A stretch of DNA of 64,000 nt from Podarcis filfolensis (GCA_964270895.1 OZ185436.1), one strand, 5' to 3'; numbered from the stretch's first letter, positions 11,768 through 24,892 are shown. The notes: generated by a model not told the origin, from the sequence alone. Translations and numbers: made by a program.

Positions 11768-11943
11768 AATAATTACATACCAGAGACCTGCAAGAGGGAG
11801 AAGATAATATATCACATTTTGCCTTTTTTAACTTTCTCTCTCACACACTCAGGATGTTGAGGTCAAGCTGCTGATCATTTGCCCTTTCCCTTCCTTTTAA
11901 AACCTTCTACCCCCCCTTCCTTACAGGACATATGGGTACACTG

Positions 11944-12758
11944 AACATAAGAAGAGCCTGCAGAACCAGGCCAATAGCCCATCCAGTCTAGCATCCTGTT
12001 CTCAGTGGCTGAATGGTTGCCTCTGAGAAATCCACAAGTGGGATTAGAGTCCAAGAGCACTGTCCCTTCTGATGGTTTCCAGCAACTGGTATTCAGAAGC
12101 ATACTGCCTCTGACTGTGGAGCCAGAGCATAACCACCATGGCTAGTAGCCATTGATAGCTCTCTTCTCCATGAATTTGTCTAATCCTCTTTTAAAGCTGT
12201 TCAAGTTGGTGGCCATCACTGCTTCCTGTGGGAGTGTATTCTGTAGTTTAACTATGCGCTGCGTGAAGAAGCAGTTGCTTTTCGCTGACCCGAATCTTCC
12301 AACATTCAGCTTCACAAGTTCTATTGTTATGAGAGAGGGGAAAGAACTTTGCACTATCCACTTTCTTCATGCCATGAACAATTTCATGAGCTTCTCTCAT
12401 GTCACCTCTTATTCACCTTTTCTCTAAACCAAAGAGTGCCAAACACTGCAACCTTTCTTCACTGGGGAGTTGCTCCATTCCCTTGATCCCCTTTTCTGAA
12501 CTTTTTACAACTCTACAATAACTTTTTTGAGGTGAGGTGACCAAAACTGTGCACAATATTCCAAATGTGGTTGCACCATAGATTTGTATAACAGCGTTAT
12601 GATATGGCCACTTCAATTCCTTTCCTAATGATCCCTAGCATGGCATCTACCTTTCTCATGGCTGCTACATGTCAACATCTTCTATCTAGCTGTCTGCTAT
12701 GACCTCAAGGTCTGGTTCCTGGTCCATCACTGCCAGTTCAGACCCCATGAATACATAT
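11944..12758 (-). mobile_element. CR1 LINE 3' portion (degenerate RT C-terminus)
   Basis: Minus-strand peptides FFTQRIVKLQNTLPQEAVMATNLNSFKRGLDKFM and EERLQCLALFGLEKR are typical of the CR1 ORF2 end; CR1-type 3' UTR. Confidence 0.88.
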
Positions 12759-12764
12759 TTTTAG

Positions 12765-12856
12765 GATCCACCTTGTTTATGTGATTGTAAGTGTTTTAAT
12801 GTTGTAAACCACCCTGGGACCTTAAGGTGAAGGGCGAGTAAATAATAATAATAAAG
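12765..12856 (+). mobile_element. L2-type 3' end fragment
   Basis: TGTTGTAAACCACCCTGGGACCTTAAGGTGAAGGGCG + (AAT)n tail. Confidence 0.55.
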
Positions 12857-13014
12857 CCACCCACCATCTTCATTTTCTTACAGTTATCTATATAAATAAG
12901 CATATGCAAAGTTTCTGCAGCTTTGTGGTATGGGCTGGTGCCTTAAATCCTTTAAGTACCATACAGAGACACTCCTATAGAACAATATGCACATCCAGAA
13001 AAACTCACTCAAAA

Positions 13015-13258
13015 TCATGCTATCAGGCTTCAAGTTACAAGAAAGAAGATTCCAACTAAACTTCAGAAAGAACTTTCTGACAATAAGAGCTGTTTCACAG
13101 CTGAACAGACTCCCATGGAAGGTGGTGAACTTGGAGGCTTTTAAGCAGAGGTTGGATGGCCATCTGTCATGGATGCTTTAGTTGGGATTCCTGCATTGCA
13201 GGGAGTTGGACTAGATGACTCTCGGGGTCCTTCCCAACAGCAAATCTATGATTCCATA
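13015..13258 (+). mobile_element. CR1 LINE 3' end
   Basis: FKLQERRFQLNFRKNFLTIRAV..LEAFKQRLDGHLSWML followed by GGACTAGATGAC..TTCCCAAC..CTATGATTC terminus. Confidence 0.88.
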
Positions 13259-15151
13259 AGTCCCTTCTTATAGTAGATACCTGCCTAGCTTCAGTTGACT
13301 TCAGATGTTGTTCTTGTAAGAGATGGCAATACTTACAGTACACAAACTTTTGAACTGTAAAAAAAAGGGTAAGAATCACTCCTCTAAAGGAAGACTAGAA
13401 CAAGTAACCAGTACAGATTAGAATGTTATCTTCTGGATTACTGTTCAACCATCCAGACACTTTTAAAGCTGCTCCACATATTGCCTGTTACAGTAGCGTC
13501 TTTTCAAGAAAGGGTACACCTGGTTAAAGACACTCCAAGGTACCAGATGCCCAGAACAAACCCTAATCTGGCCTAGATATAAAATGCACTCCTTCACTCT
13601 ATTATATGAGCCAGACTGAACTGTGTTCCAACAATGCAGTCTACCAAAAGATATAGCAGGATGATACAATAAAACACTCAATAGTTTAGCAAGCTGAAAA
13701 GAAGAAGAAAAAATTGGTCTATTCAAAGGTAATTTAAAGATAAACATAACTTTTAAAGATCTGTGCTGTATTATTGCAGTTCCATTTTTCAGGACCAGTA
13801 TATTAAGAAGTGAAATAATGTCACCATAAACTACACTGTTACCCTGCATTTATAGATTAGAAAAGAAGGCTATTTATTCAGACATGCAAGATGGAAGTGG
13901 TAATAGCAAGAATGACATCCAGGCATTCTGTCACCCACTCAACAGATACACCTGCCTCTTATATCTGTACAGAAATATCCCCTTTGGCAATTTGTCAGAG
14001 TATGTATGTGAAAAATGAGTGGTTAAAGTATTCACCAAGGAGTCAAGCTTGAGGGAATCAGACAAAACAAACCATCCATTTGCTTCTGTAATCCTTCTAT
14101 AACCCTTATGAAACTGCTTAGTAGAAACACACCTCGCATCACTCATGCCAGAAAGGCAATCCAATCTAACTCTCATGAGCCATGGGAATAGTAGTCAGGG
14201 ATGTAGGGCTTAGAGGCATAGTAGAGTAACTTTAAAGCAGAGTAAATTGAAGTCTAACCAGAGGATTTGTCCAGCAGTAACCTAACCTGCAACCAATATG
14301 TATATAGTCCCAAAATATTTGGGGGCTTGGACACACACACACATTTATTATGTGTCTGCAGCAGTTTACATTCCCATTTAATTTGCATAGTTCACATGAC
14401 GGTTTCCCTCTGTAAATTCAGGTTCACCCGATATGGGGATAATCCAATCAGTTGGGAGCCACTGGGCTCCAAGGCACTTCACTCGACATGTCACAGACTA
14501 TTTGGTGTTTGGGGATGGGTGGATCAACGGTCACTTTCTGCCATTCCCCTTTCCATGTCTACTATGTCCACAATGCTTTCACTCTTTTTTGGGCTGTGCT
14601 TGTAACTATTTCCAGTGTGCTCCTGAACAAGGAATCCCACCCCCCCCTTTAATCCCTCAGATTTGCACAAAACCAGAAAACTGCACAAGCAAATCTTACA
14701 AAGTTACCCTGTTCGACATGAAACACTCCTACAGCAAGTAGCATATACCCTGCATCAAATTCTCAGAGAGCAACCCTACACACCAAGGTGTTTTACTTTC
14801 CAACTCAAAAGCTCTGTTCTCCTTTTCCATTTAACTGCAAAATTGGCACCAAACCTTCTCTGCCCCCAAACTGAGCTCTGCGGGCACTCCAAAATCTGAT
14901 GGATATTGTATTTCAAATGTTAGAGTGAGATTCTCAGCTGTCAGGAAAGCATCTCTGGTCATAAAGGACCACAGAGATTATTTTTGTTAGTGTTCCTGGC
15001 TGTCTCATCAGTTGGCCATTCACGCTGACCGAGATTGCCAAACTAATAACAACATTCACCTTGAAGTTCTTAACAGAAGCCAAAGTAGTTTAGCTTCAAA
15101 TACATTCAAGCTGCAGGTACAAGACACAAAAGCATGGATATGCTTATCACG

Positions 15152-15806
15152 CAATAAGAATAGCCTACTGGATCAAACCAACGGTCTGTCTAGTCCAGTA
15201 TACTCACAGTTGCCAGGTAGATGCCTGTGGGAAACCAGCAAGCGGAATATGAGCATAAGAGCATTCTCCCCTCCCATGGTTTCCAGCAACTGGTATTCAG
15301 AAGCACTGCTGCCTCCAAATGTGGCTGTAGAGAATAGTTATCATGGCTAGAAGCCATCTATTAGCCCTCTCCTCCATGAATTTGTTGAATCCTCTTTTAA
15401 AGCCATCCAAGTTGGTGGCCATCACTGCCTCCTAAGGGAGCCAGTTCCATAGCTGGACTATGCAAAGCGTGAAGAAGTACTTTCATTTATCTGTCCTGGA
15501 TCTTCCAGCATTCAGCTTCATGGGCTGTTCAAAGGTTCTAATGTTATGAGAGAAAGGGAAAAAAAGGTCTCTCTATACACTTTCTCCACACCATACATAA
15601 TTTCATAAACTTCCATTGTTTTGCCTCTTACTCACCTTTTCTGTAAACCAAAGAATCCCAAACGCTGCAACCTTTCTTCACAGTGGAGGTGTTTTATCCC
15701 TTTGATAATTTTGGCTGCCTTTTTCTGAACCTTTTCCAACTCTACAGTATCTTTTTTTGAGGTCAGGTGACCAGAACTGTACATAGCACTCCAAATGTGG
15801 TCTCAA
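15152..15806 (-). mobile_element. CR1 LINE 3' portion
   Basis: Same family as 11944-12758 (CCATGAATTTG..TCCTCTTTTAAAGCCATCCAAGTTGGTGGCCATCACTGC). Confidence 0.85.
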
Positions 15807-16344
15807 CAAAAATAGACTTTACATAAAGTTCTGTCCCTGCTGAGGTCTGCAGCGTGGTTCAAAGTATTTCCAAGTTACCAACATTCTCAAATTGTTAATG
15901 TACAAAACGCTGCTTGCTCAGTACACATTTTTAAACTGTTAGCATATCCTTTTCACAAAAAGGAAACATTTACACTTCCCATCAATGAAAGCCAATATAC
16001 TTTGATCAAACAAGAAGCGCAAAGGTCCAACTTCCAATGACTCTCTTCTAACCAATTCTATAAATCTTTGAGAAAGGACTGAATGTTTGCAAAGTGGATG
16101 CTGCTATTTGAACCACCCTTGACAGTATATGTGATTCTCCCAAATCACATTTGAAAGTGGTGTTATATTTCATAATTGTGGGGCGAATATAACTACGTTA
16201 GTCAAGTTTGCTGATTTTAATGAGTCTGCTCAGAGTATGACTTAGTTGCATCCTACCTCTGAGTGAAAACAGCCTCAATTTATAAATTCAAGAGCTATAT
16301 GTACAGTGTAGCTCATAGTCATAGCCTGCCTTAGGGGATGTGCT

Positions 16345-16475
16345 TTTTTATCCTCACAACAAATCTGTGAGCTGAGAGATGTTGAATGGCCCAAGCTCAC
16401 CCAAGAGCTTCACCACTGAGTGGGAATCTGAACCTAGGACTCCCAGTTCAAACCTCTACCACATAACACATTCCC
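16345..16475 (-). mobile_element. MIR-like CORE SINE fragment
   Basis: ATCCTCACAACAA..TGTGAG..GGCCCAAG.TCACCCAA..GAATCTGAACCTAGGACTCC. Confidence 0.55.
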
Positions 16476-16944
16476 TTAAGTTAGGCATGATGTGCCTGTT
16501 TGATGTAAAAAAACTAGAATATCTGCTTTTTGTGCAGATTTGCAGAAACTAAGGTCTCATCCACACTTCCACTTGCCCCGTTGCTTTCCCCCAGGAAAAC
16601 CCACTATTTACCACTGAATTGGAGTAAACGTCAATTGGGCTTTCTCTGTATTGGCATTTGCTTCAATTTAGTGTTAAAGTGCAGGTTATTCAGGGGGAAA
16701 CTGTGGAGCAAAGGCAAAACCACTTGGACCAGTGCCAAGAAAGCATAGGACAAGCGGAAAACCACCCAGACCCATGCTTTCTAAGCACAGGACAGGTGGA
16801 AGTGTAGACAAGCTCCAACTATGCCTGAGTTTGTCTCTTTAGAACAGCACCCAACTCTTCTCCTATAATTGTTTGTCTTTAAAAACATTAGCAATCTGTG
16901 CAGGGTTTAGAAGAGGAATTTCTCTAGTGCAGTGATAGCCAATG

Positions 16945-18270
16945 GACTACAACTCCCATCATCCCTGACCACTGGCCATGGTATCTGGGGCTGATGGCAG
17001 CTCAGAGTTCAATAACGTCTGGAGGACTGCAGAGTTTTGAAAAATTAAAAAATAGAGTGCGAGATTGGCTTCACTATTATCAGATAATGGAGGCATATAA
17101 TTTGGATAAAAAAATTGGCTTCCAGGTGGAAAAATCAAAATTGGAAACCGAACTGTTAGACTCCAAAACTAAGAATTTGTCAAGAATGTATAACTTGCTG
17201 TTGAAATGGAATACTCAGGATGAAATGGTGAAATCTGTTATGATTAAATGGGCACAAGATGTTGGACACAACATTATGATGGCTGACTGGGAACAGTTAT
17301 GGACCACAGGTATGAAGTTTACGGCATGTAATGCCTTAAGAGAGAATATAATGAAAATGATATACAGGTGGTACATGACACCAGTCAAGCTTGCGAAAAT
17401 CTATCGTTTGCCCGATAATAAATGTTGGAAATGTAAAGAGACCGAAGGTACATTCTTTCACCTTTGGTGGACATGCCCAAGGATTAAGGCTTTCTGGGAG
17501 ATGATCTATAACGAAATGAAAAAGGTATTTAAATATACCTTTCTGAAGAAACCAGAGGCCTTTCTCCTGGGCATGGTCGGCCAATTGGTGCCAAAGAAGG
17601 ATAGAACTTTCTTTATGTATGCTACAACAGCAGCAAGAATACTTATTGCAAAGTATTGGAAGACACAAGATCTACCCACCTTGGAAGAATGGCAGATGAA
17701 GGTGATGGACTACATGGAACTGGCAGAAATGACTGGCAGAATCCGAGACCAGGGAGAAGAGTTGGTGGAGGAAGATTGGAAGAAATTTAAAGACTATTTA
17801 CAGAAACATTGCAAGATTAATGAATGTTAGAATGATGTTGGAATGAATTTATGTGACTTTAGCAGAAATGTTATAAAGATTTAGGAAAAATTGACTGTTA
17901 ATTGGTGAAAGGAGGGAAAGTAAAGTTATATTAATTTCAAGATAAATTTACAGGACAAAAATTTGAAGAGGGAAAGGATTTGCTGAAATGGATAATTGAC
18001 TTAGAATACAAAAAGGGAGGTGTGAGGAGGTCAGGGAAATAAGTTAATGAAAGATCAGTAATGGGAAGATTGGCTGTATTTTTAATTGATTTTTCTTTTT
18101 TGCTTAACGGATTTCAATTCTCTGGGTTTTTTTCTTTTTGATTTTTTTCTTTTTTCTTTTTTGTATCTTATCTTTTCTTGTTTTTTCTTGATTTTTTTTG
18201 TTGTATTTTCAAAAACTTTAATAAATATCTTATAAAAAAAAATAATAACGTCTGGAGGGCACCACATTCT
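16945..18270. mobile_element. Short palindromic MITE split by the L1 insertion (16945-17025 plus 18244-18270)
   Basis: GGACTACAACTCCCATCATCCCTGACCACTGGCC...GGGGCTGATGG..AATAACGTCTGGAGGGCACCAC; same family core as 18642 and 48633. Confidence 0.7.
17026..18243 (+). mobile_element. 5'-truncated young L1 LINE (ORF2 C-terminus with CCHC knuckle, 3' UTR, polyA)
   Basis: Uninterrupted frame to stop at 17830 containing CWKC-KETEGTFF-H-LWWT-C (CX2CX8HX4C); T-rich 3' UTR, AATAAA at 18220-18225, A tail; perfect 15-bp TSD AATAACGTCTGGAGG at 17011-17025 and 18244-18258. Confidence 0.93.
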
Positions 18271-18641
18271 AGTGTTTCAGAGAATACTCTGGTTACAAAA
18301 ACAAGTACTGTTTGCTATATCCAAAAAGATGATGAATAGGAAGTATGAATGTTTATTACTTGAGCTAAAATCACTTGCGTCCCCTATGGGGGCTATAACA
18401 TACACCACTCAGTAGTTATAAAGAGAAACTCTAACACACATATACCCAGCAGAGGTTATATAGTTTTATTCCGCCCCCCTTTCCATTCACCTGTAGTCAC
18501 ACAACAGATTTGAGAAGAGGCAAATATGCTTTAAATCAGAGGTGGGAACCAGCCAGAATTCCCTGGAGGTAATCTGTTGGGGGCCACATGCCAACAGTGG
18601 GCATGGCCATCTGTTCTCACTTTCTCTTCCATAATCTCCCC

Positions 18642-18777
18642 CAGGCTTCCTCAGCCTCGGCCCTCCAGATGTTCTGAGACTACAATTCCCATCAACCCTG
18701 ACCACTGGTCCTGCTAACTAGGGATCATGGGAGTTGTAGGCCAAAAATATCTGGAGGGCCGAGGCTGAGGAAGCCTG
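18642..18777. mobile_element. Palindromic hAT-like MITE
   Basis: TIRs CAGGCTTCCTCAGCCTCGGCCCTCCAGAT / ATCTGGAGGGCCGAGGCTGAGGAAGCCTG; flanks ATCTCCCC / ATCTACCT. Confidence 0.85.
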
Positions 18778-19685
18778 ATCTACCTGCTTCTCTTGCTCTC
18801 TTTCTGAAATTTTGTCATCTATTATTTTGTGATGTCACATTCACCCTGAAAAGGGCATTTCTCTTCCTATCCATTCTTCCACCTCTGCAGTCTCACCTCA
18901 CAAAAACATGGCATGAGGTGAAGGTGAGTCCTCCAGAAAGCAAAAAATATCTATAGTGCCCAGAGAACCACATAAAACAAGGCCACAGGTGTCCAACTAC
19001 TGTTTTATATAGATAAGCTCCAACTTATATAACTATTAGACCTGTGGACTGTGGACTGACAGAAATAGAACAGAGCAGGAAGCACTCACAATTAAAAGGC
19101 TATAAAATGAAAAGAACAAATCCTTTGGGCTTGAACTATACAGCCACAGCTCTGTGGTTGGTGCCCAACAGTTCCCTATTGGGGGTTGTGCATACCGCAG
19201 AAACTGAAAAGAACAGAGTATCCTTGCACCATTCCTTGAGCCTTTGACTTCTCAAGCTTCTAGAGTTTTCCTTGCGTCAACTTCGGAAATAAATTGTATT
19301 AAAGAATAAATGTTGTCAATCCATAAAATGCCAGCCTTGAAGTGGTTCTCTTATGAAAATGCCCCAGACATCAGTATGTGGATCAAATGGAGTGAGAATT
19401 CCTGGGAGAAATGGTGCATTTAGCCAAGGTGGGTCTGGTTGTGTGTCTGAGGGCCCAAGCCCCATTTCCTCACAGCTTCAAGGATCCAGAGAGAGGGAGT
19501 TTGGGGCTTGAATCCCCATTCTGAGCTTCATTCCTTCCCCCTTTATGTCCTAGGTTAAATGCCCCCTTATTGCTTCAGCAAACCACTTTCTATTTTCCAG
19601 ATGTGGCTGCCTTGGACGCCTGCTTACATGCTACGTTCTGCAGTCAACATTCTTGGGCAGCATGAGCCCAATAGCCAGGGCCACA

Positions 19686-19752
19686 TTTAGAATCACAGAT
19701 TCATAGAGTTGGAAGGGATACCCAATGGTCATCTAGTCCAACCCCCTGCAAT
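19686..19752 (-). mobile_element. CR1 extreme 3' end
   Basis: AGAATCACAGATTCATAGAGTTGGAAGGGA..GGTCATCTAGTCCAACCCCCTGCAATG. Confidence 0.75.
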
Positions 19753-20844
19753 GGAGGAGGCGCTTTGGGGAGAGGGTGTTGGAGCTTTGGTCTTCAACCC
19801 TTACTGTTTGTTAGGCACAACTCGCCCCATTTCTCTTTTGCCTTTGAGTCATGCCTACAGACCAAATGGGGCACTTTGAGGTGTTTCCCACACAACTACT
19901 CAATATAACAAATGGAAATGCAAAGGCAAAACTCCTAACCATGTCTGAAGTCAGTTTGCAACCAATTAGAGCACAGAGCCTCTGCTTCAACAGACTTCAG
20001 GAAAATGCAGTGCTTTGTCTTTGTATTTGGCTGTTATTATCAAGGTCTAAAGAATTCCTCTGAGCTGTACCAACTACACCTGGGGAAATGAGGCCGGAGG
20101 CCCCAGGCAAACTATTCACTTAGTCACTTCAGAGTGATACTGCTCCTAGGAGCTCACCTATCTGTATTAAATGGGTTGACAAATGGCTTGAGGGAGCACC
20201 AAGGAGAAACAATGTTCACAGGATGAGTTCACATGTGAAAGAGGGAAAGATAGGGGAGACGCACACATTAGAAAGGAGTGTGTGGCCAACTGTGAAGACA
20301 GCCTGGGTAACAGAGGAGAACCAATTGTTCACACAAGCCGATCAAGGCAAGGATTTGCAGATCAATCTAGAAATGTACAGGGAGGGTGTTATGCAATCAC
20401 TTTAAGCAGTCATCCATCAAGCACCTGGCATTCCTTTCTCTCTCCCTCTCTGCCATTTACCACATCCGGGCAATCTGGCTTAATCTATAAATTAACAGAC
20501 AACACAGACAACATGCACTTTATGATAAACTGCTTCTCATGTCTGCTTCTATTTGCCTATGGCTGCCATTTCACTTTCTGTCCCTTGCCTGGGCATACTG
20601 TAGCTAGGATGTAGCAGCAAATTCCTGAAATCCCCTTGTATTTTAGAAGGGAGTAGAAGAAGCCCTCATTCATCCCAGTGCACCCCAAGACACAGATACT
20701 AAGTATAGCTTTTACTTTGTGGGTACTAGGACCTCTGATCAATCTCTAGACTTTGCAAACCCATCTTAGCCTGAGCTACCAATAAATAAAAAGTATTGGG
20801 CTCAGCATACATAGCCCAATAATTATGCATATAATTTATATAGC

Positions 20845-21215
20845 ATTTTTGCATGCTCAATAGCTCCATAATAATCTCACAACCTTTACTTTACAACAAC
20901 CCCGTATGATAAACGAATGTTATCCCCATATTGCAGGCTGGGGGAGAGGGGGGCTAAGGTTTTAATATACCGTATTTACATAAAACTAATGCGCCATTGA
21001 ATCTAATGCACACCTCAATTTTCCAAACCTTGAAACCAAAAAAGTATTTGCTGGCGCTGTCAAATCCAATGCACACACTAATTTCTGTGACGTAATTTGG
21101 CCAAAAAATGGTGTGCATTACATTCAAGTAAATATGGTAGTGGCTTGCCTAAGATCCAAGGTCAGTTCATGGATAAGATGACATTTAAACCTGTGACTCC
21201 CCAGCTAAACCACCT
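20845..21215 (-). mobile_element. MIR-like SINE interrupted by a Tc2-like MITE
   Basis: TTTACAACAACCCCGTATG..TTATCCCCATATTGCAG..GGCTAAGG [insert] GTGGCTTGCCTAAG..ATTTAAACCTG. Confidence 0.6.
20970..21137. mobile_element. Tc1/mariner Tc2-like MITE
   Basis: TIRs CCGTATTTAC / GTAAATATGG, TA on both sides. Confidence 0.8.
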
Positions 21216-21659
21216 CCCAACTCACAACCACCCTTCTACACCAAACTCGGCTTCAACTATCCTCTCTTAACACACTTCTACTGTGCAGAATATTTTGTTC
21301 TTCCCTGTCTTCACACCCACGCCACATAGATATGCACTTTGATGCTACAGCATGGGGTTTCCCTCCCCACCCACTGTGAAAAAGAAGTAAATAAACGGAC
21401 AGAAAAGTCTATTGGTAGAAACAATGATGTGCTCTGTAGAGGGAAGAAAAAATTATAACAGCACATTGCTGCCACCATGTGTCCATAATACAGCTTTCAA
21501 TGAAGCATTTTCTTACTGTCAGAAAACATGAATTCTATGCATACAAATCATAATCTGGTTATTAAACAGAACTCAGAAACTAATTATTAAACATTATTAG
21601 ATGCCATGCTAACTAGATTTAGAGTTCAACTGCAACTTACTTTTTTTATAATCACCCAT

Positions 21660-22310
21660 CATCAAGTAAATCATACAGCAATAAAATATAAAACAAGATT
21701 TATACCATAACCCTTTTCAGTGGATTTTAATCAATAAAAAAATGTATAATTCATTGCAATACAGCAGCAGATCAATACAAAACACCAGCACAAAACATTA
21801 AGATGTCCCAAAAGCCCAGGTGAATAAGACAGCCTTAAATTGAGGATAACTGAACCAACTCCAGGGGAAAGGAGTTTCACCAAATGGGCTAGTGCCACCA
21901 TAGAAAGGTCCCTCTCCCAAGTCCCCTGCACAATATACAATGCACATCATTGGGACCACAGAAAGGGCCTCCCTTTCACACCACCTGAAAGGCCTCAGCT
22001 GGCAGATATAGGAAGAGATTCTCCTTCAAGTATCTGGAACCCAAGACATTTAGGGTTTTATAAGTCAAAATCAACACCCCAAACTGGACTTGAAAACATA
22101 TCAAGCAGCCAACACAGATAATGTAGAGTTGGTGTAATGTGGCTCCAATTTGATGCACCATTTGGTTACCCTAGGAGCAACATTCTGTATCAACGACAGC
22201 TTCCAAATCATCTCCAAAGGTAGCCCTACATAGACTGAATTATAGTAAACCACACAGAAGATTTGGCTAGCAACAGACATTTCTGGCCATTGTGGCCACT
22301 TGGACCTCAA
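21660..22310 (-). mobile_element. Old L2 LINE fragment
   Basis: Degenerate RT C-terminal motifs on the minus strand (IQFGVLILTYKTLNVLGSRYLKE; LPLEMIWKLSLIQNVA) homologous to the 24-kb L2 ORF. Confidence 0.7.
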
Positions 22311-23132
22311 GTGATGGTGATGGATTCAGGAGTACCTTCAACAGGCCTGCAACCCCATCCACAATAGGCTGCCTCCCACTTCCCAAACACAAGAACCACC
22401 CACCAATAGTACATTTGTCTTGGCAGGATTTACAGCCACTGGTTCAGCACTTGCACAGTCACACCTGATTCAAGTGGTATGCAGAGAGAGAGCTGGTATC
22501 ATCCCATCCCATCCCATCCCATCCCATCACTCAGACCAAGAGACGCTCCTCTTCAAATACCTCCACTGGCTCCACCTTCTGCATCAAGCACAAATTCATT
22601 GATGCTATCTTTAAAGCACGTTGTAGTCTTATCCTACTCTATCTTTTAATCTTACTACTTTTCACTCAAGCATTCACATAAGCATCTCCTTGCTCACAAC
22701 AGCAACCCAGTAAGGAAGGCTAATTTTATTACGCTCATACTGCAGATGGGGAATTGTGGCTGACCACGGCTACTTGTTATGGGGAAGCATCACAGAGCAA
22801 CTAATGAAGTGGAGTGACATGTGAACATTTCAGCAAAAGCAGACATAGAGACAGTTGGAGAAGCTGCAAGAAAACGAGCACCTTATCCCCTCTATGTATG
22901 GGCTCATATTTTCTGTTTGAAAGATTATTATTTTTATTTAAATAATATTAATTAGAAAGCAGCAGAAACTGATCTATGCAGAGAGGACATTTTTTTTTCT
23001 TAAAAGAAAAGGCAGAAAAATAATGTCCAACAGGGAAGAGACATTATTTTGTTTGGCAAACACGTATGTGAATTTATTCAATATTACATTTCAGCTCTCG
23101 TAGCAAACACTACAGGATCAAAGTGATTCCTC

Positions 23133-23399
23133 AAGGCTTATCCACACGGTCCATGCTTTAAAGCTCCATGTCCATGCTCCAGAGCTTTCCCTACAAAATC
23201 CACTCTTTACCACTGAATCGGAGCAAACAGCAATCCACAGAAAATTTAAGTTGCTGTTTGTTGCACTTCAGTTTTTTAAAGAGTGGGTTTTCACAGGAAA
23301 AGCTCTGGGGTGAAGAAAAGAGCGCTTGGACATGGAGCCTTTAAAGCAGAGACCTCTGCCTGGAAAGCACAGGGCAACAGGAAAATGTGGGAAAGCCCT
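23133..23399. mobile_element. Long fold-back MITE (PIF/Harbinger-like ends, family uncertain)
   Basis: Ends AAGGCTTATCCACA / TGTGGGAAAGCCCT; multiple internal inverted arms (CTTTAAAGCTCCATGTCCA vs TGGACATGGAGCCTTTAAAG, etc.). Confidence 0.6.
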
Positions 23400-23972
23400 T
23401 AGTTTAGGAACTACAGCATATTCATTTCTCCACTAGGTGGTGACCAAGATCAACAATCAAGATCACAGAAACTTTATCGTAAGTTTATTTTTTTTTTTAT
23501 TTCATCTCTCCCAAAATGCTAGTTCTCTTTGCAAAAGTCCAAGCATATTATAAAAAAGTTACTTAGAGATGATTCTCACAGGTGCTCAATGCTTATTTTA
23601 CCCCCGTATGATTCCTGTGTTTTGCTTTCTTTCACAGTTATTAAAAATAGCACATATTCCCATGTGCCTCCCTCTATGGCACAGAGCTTCATGGGTAGCC
23701 CTGGAAACCCAGCTTACCCAAGAGCCTGCTCCAGAAGTGACAAAGAAGGCCCTGTTCTATCTTGAAGGTTTGCTCCTATTAAAGTCTATTCCTCAGGTCC
23801 AAGGGAGTGCCATTCAATCTCTTTTGGGGTAGCTGGACTAATGTCAAAAGTCAAATATAAAGTCTTTATGGTGTCATGGTCACCCCACTGGTCTTGGGAT
23901 GGAAGAAAGCAGATAACAATTCCTGGATTTGCAACTCTAGTCTCAGCTTCACTATAATGTAACGCTAAGGAG

Positions 23973-24846
23973 TGCCTGTGTGAGTGCCTGGAGGCAGTTG
24001 GAGGATGGATGGCGGCTAATGGATTGAGGTTGAATCCTGACAAGACAGAAGTACTGTTTTTGGGGGACAGGGGGCGGGCTGGTGTGGAGGACTCCCTGGT
24101 CCTGAATAGGGTAACTGTGCCCCTGAAGGACCAGGTGCGCAGCCTGGGAGTCATTTTGGACTCACAGCTGTCCATGGAGGCGCAGGTCAATTCTGTGTCC
24201 ATGGCAGCTGTCTACCAACTCCACCTGGTACGCAGGCTGAGACCCTACCTGCCCGCGGACTGTCTCGCCAGAGTGGTGCATGCTCTGGTTATCTCCCGCT
24301 TGGACTACTGCAATGCGCTCTACGTGGGGCTACCTTTGAAGGTGACTCGGAAACTACAACTAATCCAGAATGCGGCAGCTAGACTGGTGACTGGGGGCGG
24401 CCGCCGAGACCACATAACACCGGTCTTGAAAGACCTACATTGGCTCCCAGTACGTTTCCGAGCACAATTCAAAGTGCTGGTGTTGACCTTTAAAGCCCTA
24501 AACGGCCTCGGCCCAGTATACCTGAAGGAGCGTCTCCACCCCCATCGTTCTGCCCGGATGCTGAGGTCCAGCGCCGAGGGCCTTCTGGCGGTTCCCTCAT
24601 TGCGAGAAGCAAAGCTACAGGGAACCAGGCAGAGGGCCTTCTCGGTAGTGGCGCCTGCCCTGTGGAACGCCCTCCCATCAGATGTCAAAGCGATAAATAA
24701 CTACCTGACATTCAGAAGACATCTTAAGGCAGCCCTGTTCAGGGAAGTTTTTAATCTGTGATATTTTAGTGTATTTTTGGTTTTCTATGGAAGCCGCCCA
24801 GAGTGGCTGGGGAAACCCAGCCAGATGGGCGGGGTACAAATAATAA

Positions 24847-24892
<46 letters not shown>
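23973..24892 (+). mobile_element. 5'-truncated young L2 LINE with intact RT C-terminal frame (24009-24761) and (TTA)n tail
   Basis: LRLNPDKTEVL..VRSLGVILDSQL..SRLDYCNALYVGLP..KLQLIQNAAARLVTG..HITPVLKDLHWLPV are L2-clade ORF2 motifs; 3' stem-loop TGGCTGGG-GAAA-CCCAGCCA; possible 7-bp TSD TAAGGAG (23966-23972, 24893-24899). Confidence 0.93.

Noticed and set aside
24009-24761. 250-aa ORF as a host or domesticated gene
   Set aside because: It is the C-terminal part of a 5'-truncated L2 ORF2 with its own 3' UTR and tail, and lacks the RT catalytic core.
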